Shown one piece after another: positions 1-27,634 of a DNA stretch of 64,000 nt. The notes below the pieces were generated by a model. That model was not told where the DNA came from and ran no database searches. It saw nothing but the letters and a program-made list of their open reading frames with translations. The translations under genes and the position numbers were made by a program. How positions within the stretch are numbered: the first letter of the stretch is position 1; each line of letters begins with the position of its first letter. Origin of the DNA: Blastocystis sp. Blastoise (taxonomy: Eukaryota > Protista > Bigyra: Opalinata); contig JBBPEB010000021.1 in the NCBI GenBank assembly GCA_039096225.1, forward strand, positions 434,001 through 498,000, read 5' to 3'.

Positions 1-168
1 GCTCAATACCACGTAGAAGAATTGTTGAATTGCTTTCTGTTTCAAAATGAAAAGAAGACTAAATAAATATATGAATTTTTATTCATATAATAGCTATACA
101 GATAATGCTAATGAAGACCTTGAATGTTTTTCTGATTCTGGTAGTGGCCAAATCACCCAATCAGGTTG
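1..168 (+). CDS. Possible terminal exon(s) of a gene starting upstream of the window
   Basis: After the acceptor atacag (~101) a short frame (D)NANEDLECFSDSGSGQITQSG ends in TGA. GC is higher than the flanks. No product can be assigned. Confidence 0.25.
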
Positions 169-1037
169 AGGATCGAAAAAGATGATAAAATAAATAAACA
201 AAGAGATCAGAATTAACCAATAGATGCATAACAAATAAAAAATACTTTTCATTTATATGCTTTGGAGACGAAAATGAAAATAATAGATTTAAAAACACAT
301 TTGAGAACAATTTCGTATCTTCATGTTTATCTGGAAATCTCTTATAAAATTATAATATTTACTACAGTTATACACTATTCAGAACAATAGGAATTGATTT
401 ATTATTCTAATAGAGAGTTGCGTTCCATTATTTAGTGAATCAGAAAATATTTGTGAATAAATTGCCTTTATTCTCTATAGTCTATTTAGATAGAAACATT
501 AATGGTATATAGACAACTTTATTAATGCTAAATTTGAAGAGAAATTAGTAATTGTGGTTTTCAGTGGTGGTTTTAGTACTAGATATAATTGTTATAATTA
601 TATATTAATAGAAATCAAAGTAGTTGATATATCTATGACGAATATATTTGTATGAGTACTTTTGTGAATAGAAATTTCATAATTATGTTCAGTATAAAAA
701 TAATGAATAAAAATAGTATTCAAATCAAGATGGAGTACTTTTATATAAATGGATTTATATATATTATCAATTATTTTCGGAATATATAATACTTTTAATT
801 ATTTCGATGTCATCAATGTCCATATATACTATTTTCTTTCATTATAAAAAATATAAAGAATTCTTTTATAGAAGTATGCTAGAGTGCTTGTATAGAATCG
901 TAGTTATGAAGTCAATAGAATAACAAAACATAAAACAAATAAAGACAAACAACTACATATAATAAAAGAGAAATAATATATGAAACATCAAAATATGAAA
1001 AAAAAAAAATGGAAATATTTTTATATATCGAAACCTA

Positions 1038-2975
1038 TTAATACTTTCTTTGAGAGGTATATCCGCGGGAATCCTCCATAAATCGTTTTTTATTCACATC
1101 TGCATTAGGAATGAATAATTCCTTTTCATATTCAATAGTATGTTTCATATCGACACAACGTAAATGAATTTCTTCGTCATTTGATAACTCGGTCTCCTAT
1201 ATATATATATATAGATAGAATAATTATAACAATACTATATAATAAATATATATATAATAAATATAAATATAACAATAATCTATAATAGTTATAACAATAA
1301 TCTATAATAAATATAACTATATATATAATAATAAAAGCAATAAATATTATGAATAGAATACTTTTAAATCAATGATTCTTTGAATATCTTCAATAAATGA
1401 CTCGATCTTCTCTTTCTTCGTAGTTAATTCAATTTCTCGTTTTCTTAATAACTGCTGAATCTCCATTTTTGATACTTCCTCATACTGAATGGAAGCTATA
1501 TATAATAATAAATATAATAATAATAATATAAACAATAATAAACATAATAATAATAATAACATAAATAAACATAATAATAATAATAAATATAATATATATA
1601 CGTTTCTTATCTTTTGTTTCTTCTCCTTCTACTGTGGTTGTTGTATATATATAATCATTTATTGTGTCTTCAATCAAAGCTTGATCCGCTAAAGATGAAT
1701 ATTAATACGTAGAACAACAAAAACATGATTATACATATATAATATATATAATATAAACTTAAATATGAACATTAAAAAATATAAAAATATCAACATGGAT
1801 ATAAATTAAAAATATATATATATATATATTCTTTATAGAATATTAATAAAAAAGATATATATATACCAAATATATCTTGTTCATTTTCTACTTCTTCTTG
1901 TATATAATCTAATATAGATTTCGCTTTTTGAATTCGATCTCTTGAGAAAAGATCTTCTGTGGATAATAAACTGATCTCCGTATTTGTTTTTAATAAACTT
2001 TGTATATAATCAGGAACTATAGAGGAATATATATAATTATATATAATCATAGATAGATGAAATGTATATAGAGTCATAAATAAAATAATTATTAATATAT
2101 ATATATATCGTTCATGAATAAAATAAAATAAATATATATATATAGTTTATAAATAAATTAAATATATACTATATATATATATATACCTGATATATCTTTT
2201 ATATGAACATGCTTTGACTTCTTTTTTTCTGTATCACGTTTTACTAGAGAATTTAGGGATGTATTTAAATCTACAGGATTCCCACGAATATTTGGATGAG
2301 AAATAAAATAGGATTTATAAGTCTTTGTTAAGTCTGAATGAACATCTCTATATATATAATAATAAAAATAAATATAAATATAAATAAAAATATAGCATAT
2401 AAATATAAATAAAAAATAAAAATAATAATAATAAATATAAATATAATAAACATAAATATAAACATACATATAATAAACATAAACATAAACATAAATAAAT
2501 ATAAATACCTAATTTCCTGTGGAATAATCTTATATATACTATCAATGATATTAAAATCGATCATTTCAAAAGTAATCCATTTGGAAATAGTTTTAGCAAC
2601 AGAAACACATATAGTAATAGTACAAGTACTAAAGAATAAAGAATAAGTTATATATAATAGAAACTGATTGTTGTAATTATTATGAATATACTCCATAATC
2701 GTCTGAACGACGTCCACAATGATCTGATTAATATATGGAACAAAATATTGAGGATTAAGTTTGGCTTCGTCTTTTATAAGTTCATGCAATACATAAAACA
2801 TATATAATTTGATAGGTTGACGAGCTTCTTTAAAGAAAGAATACCAAACAGTAATAATGAACTTCGCATTATCTCTACGATAATTAATATATCTTGAAGC
2901 ATTTTCTATAGAAATCTGAGTACCATTTAAGTTAGAAAAGATGTTGTTTAATTCCTTCCTGAGCTCTTCTTCCAT
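1038..2975 (-). CDS. RPRD1/Rtt103-like CTD-interacting-domain (CID) protein, 7 exons
   Basis: N-terminus 'LNGTQISIENASRYI...TVWYSFFKEA...KLYMFYVLHELI' matches the CID fold, followed by a coiled-coil-like region. GT-AG introns give a continuous frame from ATG 2975 to TAA 1038. Confidence 0.75.
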
Positions 2976-3226
2976 CAATATAATGTATTTATAAAGCTAT
3001 TCAATACTTTCTATTTTTTAAGAAAATGTAAAAAATTGCGTTTCTCTTTAAAAAATTTCCGTGAATGTTCTTTTAAAAAAATATTTTTTTCTTATATATA
3101 TATTCGCTACGATGGTATGTATTATCTTCATAATATCAGAAAAAGAAACTCGGAAAGTTAACGAAATAAAATCAACTAAAAATAATAAAAAGAAATATAA
3201 TAATGTTTTTTTCTTTATATACAAAC

Positions 3227-7084
<3,858 letters not shown>

Positions 7085-7962
7085 ATTCAGATCTTCTATT
7101 ATACAACGACTTGAAATAGAATGATCTATACATATTACAATCAAATCTTATGATATATATACATGATGCCAATTAATATATTGTTTGATTTGATATCTCT
7201 TTATATATATCATAATAAAACAAAATATATATGCAAAATAATACTAAAAAACGAATGAAATGTCAATCAATCGGTGAAAAAACTACGAACATTAATTTAT
7301 TAAATATTCTTCATATATTTCATTTTTCTACTTGTCCTCAATATATATCAATTTCAAAGCATAATCATTGTAGAAATTTAGTGTTATTTTAATGGTTTGT
7401 TCATCAAAACTTTATATATGTACGTAATTTTTTTGTTTACGAATAATTGTTACGTAAAACTTACTCTTTATAGTATATACGATCACACCAAATCATGACA
7501 TTCGTTGATAATAGTCTCATTAGCAGGTCTTTCAAAAATATCCTTTGAGAAACAACCCTATTCTAAGAAAGTTTTTCTCTACACGTTGAGATCCCCATAG
7601 AACCCTTAAAAAGTATTTTGATAGTTGATTTGAATCCCAAGAGAGTCTTCATAGATAGCCTTTTTTCACAATTTCTATGGAAATTGGAAAAAGGTTCAAA
7701 ATTTGGATTAATTGATGGAAAATGGAAAGTGTTTTATATTTACCAATAAGAATCGACTATCCTTCTTCAAAAGTAAATTTGTTCCCATAGAATCTAGAAT
7801 AATTGAATGACAATTTATGTGTCATATAAAGAATGTACCAAAAGAGTGAACTTGAATAATCTGGATTATTTTCCAAACACAAAAAGACTTGGTACATAAG
7901 AAGAATTGATATTTCTTTTCTAAGATATTCTCTTTTATAAAGTTTTATATTTTCGAAATACA

Positions 7963-9823
7963 ATGAGTTTCTCGTATGAAATTCATTTCTCTAATATAAA
8001 TATAATTCTTGTTCTTTATTTAGAAGTTTATTTTCTGCCGAACTTAGACAAACATTAGCTACTTATCATCAAGAGCATCTTTTAAAATATGTCGATGCTG
8101 ATCAAGTTACTGAAGAAGAAGCTAAAAAGCTTTTAGCTCAAGTATTTTTTATTATTTTGGTTTTATTCAACAATTTTCATTTATGTTTCTTTTATATAGT
8201 TAAATAAGATCGACTTCCACAGATTACAATCTATTTATGATACTACTATGGAGGCTGCTAAGGCTCCTCAAGGTGAAATCAAGTTAGAACCTCTTGATAA
8301 TGTATTTTTTGTTGTTGTTGCTATCATTTATTTTTGTTATATGAAATATAAATATTTATTTTTTGATAACTCTTAATTATATTTCTTTTTAGATTGCTAA
8401 CTTTGAAAAAATGTCTGAAAATGAAGCTGATAACTATTGGAAGATTGGTCTTGAAGCTGCTCTTAAGGGTGAAGTTGCTGTCATGTTAATGGCTGGTGGT
8501 CAAGTATAGATTATTTATTTATTATTATTATTTTTTTTTAATTCTTTTTTTTTTGTATTATGTTTTTTATATTTTTATTGTGTTTTTTATTAATTGTTTT
8601 ATTATGTTTTTATAGGGTACTCGTCTTCGTTCTGATTTACCTAAAGGTGAATATGATATCGATTTACCTTCTCGTATATATATATATATATCTTATTATT
8701 AATATTCAAGTATTATATATATCTTATTATTGTTATTAATCAATATATATATTATTATTATATATATATAGATAAATCTCTCTTCCAAATGCAAGCTGAA
8801 CGTATTTTAAGAGTTCAAAATCTTGTTTCTATTCAATATCAATGCCCTTGTGTTATTCCTTGGTATATTATGACTTCTCCCATGACTGATGGTCCTTCTA
8901 AGGAATATATCCATTTATATATATCATATTATTATATATATTATTATATTATTATATAATTATACTATTCTATAATTATACTATTCTATAATTATCTTTA
9001 ATAATCTGTACTCTTTGAAGAACACAATTATTTTGGATTATCACGTGACCAAGTGTACTGGTTCCAACAAGGTACTCTCCCCTGTATTGGCAATGATCAA
9101 AAGATTATTATGAGCAAGAAATATGAAATAGCTACTGCTCCTGATGGTAATGGAGGTATGTATATGTCTATGCATTTAAACGGTGTAATTGATGATATGA
9201 AGAAGAGAGGAGTTCAATACCTTCAAATATATGGTGTGGATAATGCTGTTGTTAAGGTATATATACTATTATTATCTTTATTAGTATTATTATCTATATA
9301 TTATGATGATGAAATAAAATGATTTAATAATAATAATAATAATAATAACATATATTTATATAGATCCCTGATTTATGTTTCATTGGTTATTCTATATCTA
9401 TTAATGCTCAAGTTGGAGGTATGTGCGTAGCTAAGAATTATCCTGAAGAGAAGGTCGGTGTTATCTGTAAGAAGAATGGTAAATATAATATTGTCGAATA
9501 CTCTGAAATTGACCCCGAAACCGCTGCTCTTAGAAAACCTGATGGTGAATTAGTATATTCTGCTGGCTATATTTGTAATTCTTTCTATACTGTTGATTTC
9601 TTAGATCAAAAATGTAGTCCTAAGACTCTTTCTAGAGTATATCACATTGCTAATAAAGCTATTCCTTATTATGATGAAGCTACTGATTCTACTGTTAAAC
9701 CTACTTCTAATAATGGTATTAAACTTGAATCCTTCATTTTCGATGTATTCCCCTCAGCTGATCGCGTTAGTGCTATTATTAAAGGAAGATGTGAATTCAC
9801 TCCTATTAAGAATGCTCCTGGTA

Positions 9824-9906
<83 letters not shown>

Positions 9907-10241
9907 TAATAAATATAAATATAATAATAATAATAATAATAATAATATATATAGGTTCTAAGGTTGATACTCCTGAAATTGCACGTGATATCTTATTAAC
10001 TAGTGAACGTAATTGGTTAAAAGCTGCTGGTGCTATTGTTCAAGAAGATGGAATTTATGAAGTATCTCCTTTAGTATCTTTTAAAGGTGAAGGTTTAGAA
10101 GTATTCAAGGGAATTACTCTTGCTTCTCCTTGTCAAATCATTCGTTCCCGTGATAATCGTAAAGCTAATGAATGTGATGTTATTTCTGAACATATAAAGC
10201 ATTATGTTGAAGATGGATGCGATTTCTATATTGTTAACTAA
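7963..10241 (+). CDS. UAP1: UDP-N-acetylglucosamine pyrophosphorylase
   Basis: Motifs AGGQGTRL..PKG, IPWYIMTS, FQQGTLP, APDGNGG, YGVDN, PEEKVGV, VEYSE, NGIKLESFIFDVF, EFTPIKNA and EVSPLVSFKGEGLE. One intron is AT-AC (8907-9011). Confidence 0.95.
8907..9011 (+). other. AT-AC (U12-type) intron in UAP1
   Basis: 5' ATATCCATTT, branch-like TCTTTAAT shortly before a 3' AC. Removal gives K-E-F-F-E-E-H-N-Y-F-G in frame. Confidence 0.85.
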
Positions 10242-10945
10242 ACATATTTTTTTGATTAATAATTATCATTATTTATTATGTATATATAGTATATACATAT
10301 TTTATATTATATCTTTATATCCATTATGATATATTCTGTCTATTGACATATCATAGTTTTGTTTTACGTCTTATATTTAAATATATTTCTATATAAGAAT
10401 GAATATAGAACAATATTATGATTCTTTAAATATATTTTTATATAAAAAAGAAATATAAAAAAAAATATTTTTCATTTTAACATTTTTTATATATTATTAA
10501 ATATATGAATACGATTCATAACATAATTACATTATAAAATAAAAAAACAAAACACTCAATCCTACAAGAAGAATGAGATCTACAGATTTCAAATATAGAT
10601 ATATATATACTGCTTTTATTTATTATTAATAATATAAAAGTATAAAAAAGAGAATACAAATATAACACACACATAGAAAAAAAACTTTAATATATATTTA
10701 TATAAATAGTAGAAATAGTAAATTATAAGAGAAGATACAATTCTTATAAAAACAAGAATAATTATTTCATAAATGAATACATAATATTATTTATCTTACT
10801 AAATGAATAAAAAGTTGAAAAAGATGTATATATATATATAAAGAAGAAGATAATTAATAGAAAACAAATTATGAAATATCACAAAAAATAAAAATGAAAT
10901 GGAAATATAAATATTGTAAAGAAGATTCTATAAAGATGACGTAAT

Positions 10946-15434
<4,489 letters not shown>

Positions 15435-16033
15435 TTTCTTTAGTTCTTTTTAATTTAATAGAAGAATACTATCAGCAAAAATGAATTCTCTGGGATTAAT
15501 AATATAAAAGTAAAGCTTTTCTTTCATTTTTCTTTTTCTATAACTCATGTTCATTTTTCGCACAAAATAGCCGATATGACCCGTGGGAAAACTGTATAAA
15601 TTGATAAGCTTTTTTTTGAAAAATTTCATTTTTCTCTTTTTTAATTATTCACGGTTATTTCTAATTTTAAAGACATTTTTGAATAATTTCATAAAATAAA
15701 TAATTATTTTAATAACGATAGATAAAAGTGAATTAAATTGGTTATTTCGCTTTATTTTGTATAGAGGGAGGTATATGAATTCATTATGAGATTTGATTGG
15801 AGTTGAAAAGTAAATAATTGTGTTCGCCATTGTTTTTTGTTGTTGATAGGGTATATATAAGTGGCATATATTATATTATAGGAAACGCAAATAATAACGG
15901 AACACCTTATAATAAAGAATAAAATTAAATAAGGAAGATAAATAGTATTTTATTGCTAATGAGAGTATATAGTCTTTATTAATATTTACAAAAGAGCAGA
16001 GATAATTCTCTATGTATAGAATGAACAATAGAA

Positions 16034-17412
16034 TTAAATTGAAGCAAATTCAGATTTGAAAATTTGAGGAGACATAAAAACATTGAAAAGACTGAAAAAT
16101 AATAGGATTCCAAGAATATAACAACTTAATATAACTATATATAAATAAATAATTATTTTTAAAGTATTAAGAATGATATGTAAAAGATGATATCATATAT
16201 TTAAATGAATAATATACAATATCGGTAACGATAATTAAAACTTTTGGAATTAAAAAAAGAGAAATTTGGACCTCCAATCATATTACAATATATATGAGTG
16301 ACAATTATCCCAAATATAGTATCTATTTATTAATTTATATAAGTTTCTATATACATAGTTATATACCTGTTCGTATATATATAGTACCAACAAGTAATCC
16401 TAACAAGAAGGAAAATACACTCTGAATTGCTAATATATATAGAAGATATATTAATAATGTAATCATAAAATATAACATATATATATATATAATATATATA
16501 CTCATAACAACAAAACAAGCAAATGGTTTATATCCTTCTTTTCGTAATTCAATATAATGATGTAAATGTGCTATATATATATAATATATATATATAATAA
16601 CAATAATGAAAATATAATGAATATATATATATATATATTCACATACAATATAAAAATATAATGAATATGAATATAATATATATATACATGAGGAGAAGAA
16701 TAGTGCTGATATACAAATACACATAATATTCGAGAGAGATGTGCATTTTAATATATGTATACAACATACTCTATATATCATTTCTTCAACAATAGGGGCC
16801 TATATATATATATATATATAACAAATAAAATATAATTATATATATAATATATATACTAAACAAAAATTTTTAAAATTAATATGATTTGGATTTATATAAA
16901 AATCTGGAAAAATATAAAAAATGAATTCTTTTATACATTTAGGATGACTATATATATTGAATGATATATAAAGAAAAAGATAATTCTATATATACTGTTG
17001 AAAAGCATTAATAAGCTTGTCGACTAAAAGACCTAAAAATAATATGGAAACCACACAAAGTGAAGAGATCATAGCATATATTGATTGCTTGATATTGATT
17101 GAAAAAGAATGCAGAAATATTGTTCTGATTATAGCTGAGAACAAATAATGTTATTGAAAAACATGAAACGATGGTAAACAATGAACATTTAGCTCGATAA
17201 TATACCTAGAATGCGTATAATACTATCAAGAGTAGAATCAATATTAATCATACAACTTGTGCATCATTAATGGATATTGTTCGAATAGATTGTGGTGCAA
17301 AATACATTGGAAGAATGAAGAATGCACAGAATATAAGACAAATAACGAGCGCAACAGCAATAGATATCTATAGAGATTTATATTCCATAGTCAAATCAAA
17401 AATAAGTACCAT
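16034..17412 (-). CDS. RCE1: CAAX prenyl protease 2 (CPBP/Abi family)
   Basis: APIVEEMIYR (EExxxR), FFSSSHLHH and HIYCNMIGGP (HxxxN) motifs, with multiple hydrophobic segments. ATG is followed immediately by an intron. There is one frame problem near 17100-17160. Confidence 0.85.
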
Positions 17413-17481
17413 CCGCAACACTTGAGAGAGAGATTTTTTTAAATATTTTTAGTTGATTTCTTTTGGTACGTTAAAGACGAT

Positions 17482-19091
17482 ATGGTGAAAGAAAATGCGA
17501 TTCTTTATGCTGATGTGCTTAATCTATTGAAGGAAGATATAACCAGATATGAAGAACTACTGAAAGATTTAGTTAGTGTGTTCTCATCTATGCTAAATCA
17601 TGGTGTACATTCTTATAATTCTATGCTGAACATAGTACAACGTATTAGTGCTAACTCTAGTAGAAAACAGTCAAGTGAAATGAATTCAACTGATGCTTTT
17701 GATGGTTCTATTCAAGAAACTATTCCAGTCCAGTATGCAAACAAACGAAAATATAATGAAAAAGATGATGATGACATGGATATAATTCGTTTCACAGGTA
17801 ATGGTCCAATATTTTCTTTATCTAAAAAAGTTATTGAAGCAATTCCTTATTCATATATATATGAACAATCAGCTAAAGAATTAAGAACTACTGATGGTGC
17901 TATATTTCTTGATTACCCTGGAAATGATTCATTTATTTATTATTTTTTGGATTATTTAAATGGAATGAATATCAATTTTAATCAACTTAGACTTGATGAA
18001 CAAATGGAATTTTTAGAATTATTAGAATTTTGTAGTTTACCGATTCCATTAGAACTTGTTTATTGCCGAGATAAAAGGGATAATATGATGAAAAAATATG
18101 TTGATGGTGATAATGTTGATTTAATTTTGAATGGAAAAACAAATGTTGAAGTAAAAAACTATTTTGTAAGAAATCGATTATGGGATTCATTTTTAAAGAA
18201 TTATTGTAATGGTTATGTTGATTATAATAAGTCAGAAAATAAATTATATATAATTAAGAACTATGAGTATATTGAATATATATCTACTTATATTCGATTT
18301 GGTTGTATTTATCTTTCTGAAGAAGAAATAGAGACGATAAATATGCAAAAATTAGAAAATGAATTATATAGTTTATTTGGTAATAAAGGGAAAAATAGTA
18401 TTATTAAGTGTACTGATATGGATACTTCATTTTATCATTCACAAATAGTAAATAAAAAGACAGAAATTCCATTAGTGAATTGGCTAGGTAAAGAAAAGAA
18501 ATGGAAATTATTATTTAGGTATTTATATTAGATATATTAAGATTTCTTTTTTATTTTTTTAATTTGTTTATTTTTATCACTGTAATATATAGAGCAAGTG
18601 AACATAATTATTCTGCTGATGAATTTCATTTTTATTGTGATAATAAAGGAGAAACTGTAACTCTAATAAAAAATATAAGTAAAAATAATCATATGAATAT
18701 CTTTGGAGGATATACAGATCAAGATTGGGATTGTTCATATAGTATATTTACTTATTTTATATAATTATTCAATATAATTTATATATGTTATAAATCTTAT
18801 TCAAAAGAATTTCTCTTTACTTTAAGTAATGGATATAATATTCCTCCTACAAAATATAATTATACTAATAAGTATTATGGCAATGCTATATGTTGTGAGT
18901 ATTCTTATGGTCCTACATTTAGTTATGATATTTCCATATGTGATCAATGCCATAGTATAAAAGAGTCAAGTTGTTTTAAATCTTCATATAATGAGCCTGC
19001 AGTTAACAAGAGAAGTTTATTTGTAGATTATTGTGACGAACATGATAATACTTTTATAGTCGAAGATTATGAAGTTTGGGGAAGAGCATAA
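17482..19091 (+). CDS. BTB-like plus C-terminal TLDc domain protein (paralog 1)
   Basis: WKLLFRASEHNYSADEFHFYCDNKGETVTLIK, IFGGYTDQDW, EFLFTL, YGPTF and VEDYEVW form a TLDc domain. The first exon is about 1 kb. Confidence 0.9.
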
Positions 19092-19401
19092 ATAAATATA
19101 TATATATTTCTTTTTTTTTTGATATTCTGTTTTTTAAAAGAAAATTATATATAGATATTCTTAATTATTTATATTGCTACTTGTTTTGTTAAAAAAGCAT
19201 TAAAAGAATCAATACAAGTTTTATTAAAAAAATTTTATTTTTTGAATACAAATATATAAACAAAACAAAATATAATGAAAAGAAGGTGATAATAGTTCAC
19301 AAATAGAGTATACATATAAAAAAGAGTATCATTTGCATTGCAACAAATACATATAAAATCACATTAAAAAAAAATGTTTTAATAATATATATATATAATC
19401 T

Positions 19402-19534
19402 TTAAGCAAGTATATCTAAAACTTCCTTATCAGTACAGGACTTATCACTCTTGAAATTATTGATCTATATATAAATATAATAATAATAATAATAATAAAT
19501 ATAATAAATATAATAAATATAATAATAATTAATT

Positions 19535-19566
<32 letters not shown>

Positions 19567-19916
19567 AAAATACATACATCAATTTTATTACCAGTAATTC
19601 TTGTAGTTCCATCAGGAAGAAGAAGAAGAGTAAATTTATAATGAACAACCATATCGCTTTCCTTTTCATATAAAATAGGATAATCAATAAGTAAATTATG
19701 ACTAATACATTCTTTAAGTCCTAAACGAGCAGTTTTCTCTTTAAGACAACGAAGAGAGAAAGGGAAAATAGGATATTTCTTATTAATTTCAGTTAAAGTA
19801 GCTCTTGCAGCTTTTAATTTTAATAAATAAGTAGATTCAACATTCTTTCTATATACCATATTACGAGTACCTTTTTGAACAGGCTATATATATAGTAGGG
19901 TTATATAATTATATAC

Positions 19917-19971
<55 letters not shown>

Positions 19972-20212
19972 ATAATAAACATATATAATAAACATAATAT
20001 ATACTTTTCCTTCTCCACTAGAAAGAGCAATATCAACAGCATACACTTCATTTGTTTCAAAAGTACAGTCATCAACTTTTTGATTAGGATCTTCACGAGC
20101 AATAATAACTTTATTACCATCAATAACATATTGCTTCATCTATAGAGAGATTAATAATAATAATACTAATAATACTAATAATAATAATAAATAAAATAAA
20201 ATAAAAGAAAAA

Positions 20213-20243
<31 letters not shown>

Positions 20244-21080
20244 AATAAAAGAAAAATAAATAAATAAATAATTAAATAAATAAATAATTAAATAAATATA
20301 TAAATAAGTTATAATAATATACTTGATGCATTAAAGTACCTTGAATAATATTAATACCATAAGCAGTAGCAATCTTACCAAGAAGAGGAGTAATATCATT
20401 GTTCTTCTTACCATTAGCTATCATCTTTTCACAGAGTTCACCCATATAATAAGCAGCAGACATTAAATCATTCTAAATATATATTTTTTATAAAAAAAGC
20501 AAACAAACAAATAATACAAAGAAAAAAAAAAAAAATAATAATAAAAACATATATATACAAGTTTATCAGCTTTAGGGCATTCAGCACCAGGAACAACAAC
20601 AGTTTGAGCAGCAACAGCACAGAAACCATTAAGTTGACAACCCATATCAATCTTGACAACATCACCAGCCTTAAGAACAGTAGATTCTTCAGGATAAGGA
20701 GAATTGTGGCAAACACAGTTATTGACAGAGAGACAAGTAGGGAAAGAAATACCCTTTTCCATCTTACCCTTAGGATAAGCAATTTCACATTGTCTAGTGA
20801 TTAAAAGATCACCAAAAGTACAAAGTTCAGAAATCTTTTTACCAGCTTCAAGCTATAAAATATATAAAAATAATATTTTAGGATATGTTAAGATACATAG
20901 CAACAAAAAATAGATAATTCAAAAAATGATGTAAAATAGTTGGTCAAATACCTTAGAGATGACTCCATCCATAGCCTTATTGATAAATCCAGCAGCTTCG
21001 TTGTACTTTTCTAAAACTTCAGGGTTTCTAAGATCGGTACAATTAGCATCAACTTCAGAGATATTCTCAGCTCCAGACAT
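19402..21080 (-). CDS. PA2G4: Proliferation-associated 2G4 / EBP1 (M24 fold, non-peptidase)
   Basis: KGISFPTCLSVNNCVCHNSP, GDVVKIDMGCQLNGF, HQMKQYVIDGNKVII, EVYAVDI, YLLKLKAAR, FPFSLR and YPILYEK. Confidence 0.93.
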
Positions 21081-21392
21081 TTTTATATCTATATTCAAAT
21101 GAATTAAAAAAATATATATAATTTAAAGAATATACGTTATAAATATCGAATAAACTAAAAGAAAATTCTTTAATAAAAGAAAAACCACAAATGGTTCCTT
21201 TTCTTATTCATCGGTTTATTTAAGGCAAGTAACCAGCCATTTTTGGGTATTCCGGCTATAATAAATAAAAAACACGAAACAAATGAAATTCAAGTTGATT
21301 TTTTATAAAGATTCGTGGTTTTCTATTTTTTAGGGTTTTGTTTGTTTTTTTTTCAAAGAATATATTTCTATTAAAAACAGGAACATTCGACA

Positions 21393-26477
<5,085 letters not shown>

Positions 26478-27634
26478 TTTCTATATATATAACTATATAT
26501 ATATATAGATATTTATTCTATTTGTTGTATTTCTTTTTTTTTGTTGTTTCTATTTTTATAAGTTGTTTTATTATTTGTTTTTTTTTAATTATTTATTTTT
26601 GTTTTTTTTCTTTGGATCGTCAATGTTAATAAGCAATAGTTTTGTTATGTTTTTTAAATAGATATAAATATATAAGCAATAGTCTATTATATTTTCATTA
26701 ATGATATATTATTTATTTAATAATAATGTTGATATGACTATAAAATAATCACTATGAAAGACTTATGATCGTTAATAAGTTTAATATACTCTTTTTATAT
26801 TCGTTCAATAAATATTAAAAAGTATTCTTATAGTAAAAACGTATTAGAACAAAACACATAAATGAGTTGAATCTCGAACAAATAAAAAATATAGATAATT
26901 ATATTATTTTGAAATGAAATATATATTATAAAGCAAAAAAAAAATATATATATATAAATGAAATTATTATTAACAAGACCTAAATTAATAGTAAACTTGA
27001 TAATGTTAATTTTGATTAATTAAAGAGATATATCAAAAACATCATTCTGATATATCCATATAAAAATGGTTTAAACCAATATGTTTATTATATGATACTA
27101 TTTATCAAATATATAAATAAATAATAATTTGATGTATATATAGAAAAAGAAAATATAATAATATAAGGACTATTTATATATTTAAATAAAACATCATAAA
27201 AATAAAACGAAGGTAAAATACCATTAAATAATATCATTATATGATTAATGATTAAAAAAAACATTTTCTATAATATATAAAGTATAGAAGATTAAAAATA
27301 AATAAGAAACTTTTAAAATAGAAAGCATTATAAAACTGGATAAAAAGAATATATATATAAGAGCCATGTGACAAATTTTTAATTATAAATAATATATATG
27401 TATTTCATAGTCTTAAAGAAATGAATATTAATATATTATTATTAAAAAATAATTAAAATAATAGTAATAGTAATATATATATATTATTTGAGAAATATAA
27501 TTTTTTTATATTACATGATAATTATAAGAATATATAATAAATAAAAGTATAAGAATTAAATAGAGAAAAATATAAATTATAAGAAAAAAATATTAGAAAA
27601 AAAAATATGATTATACATATTTCACATTTATTTC

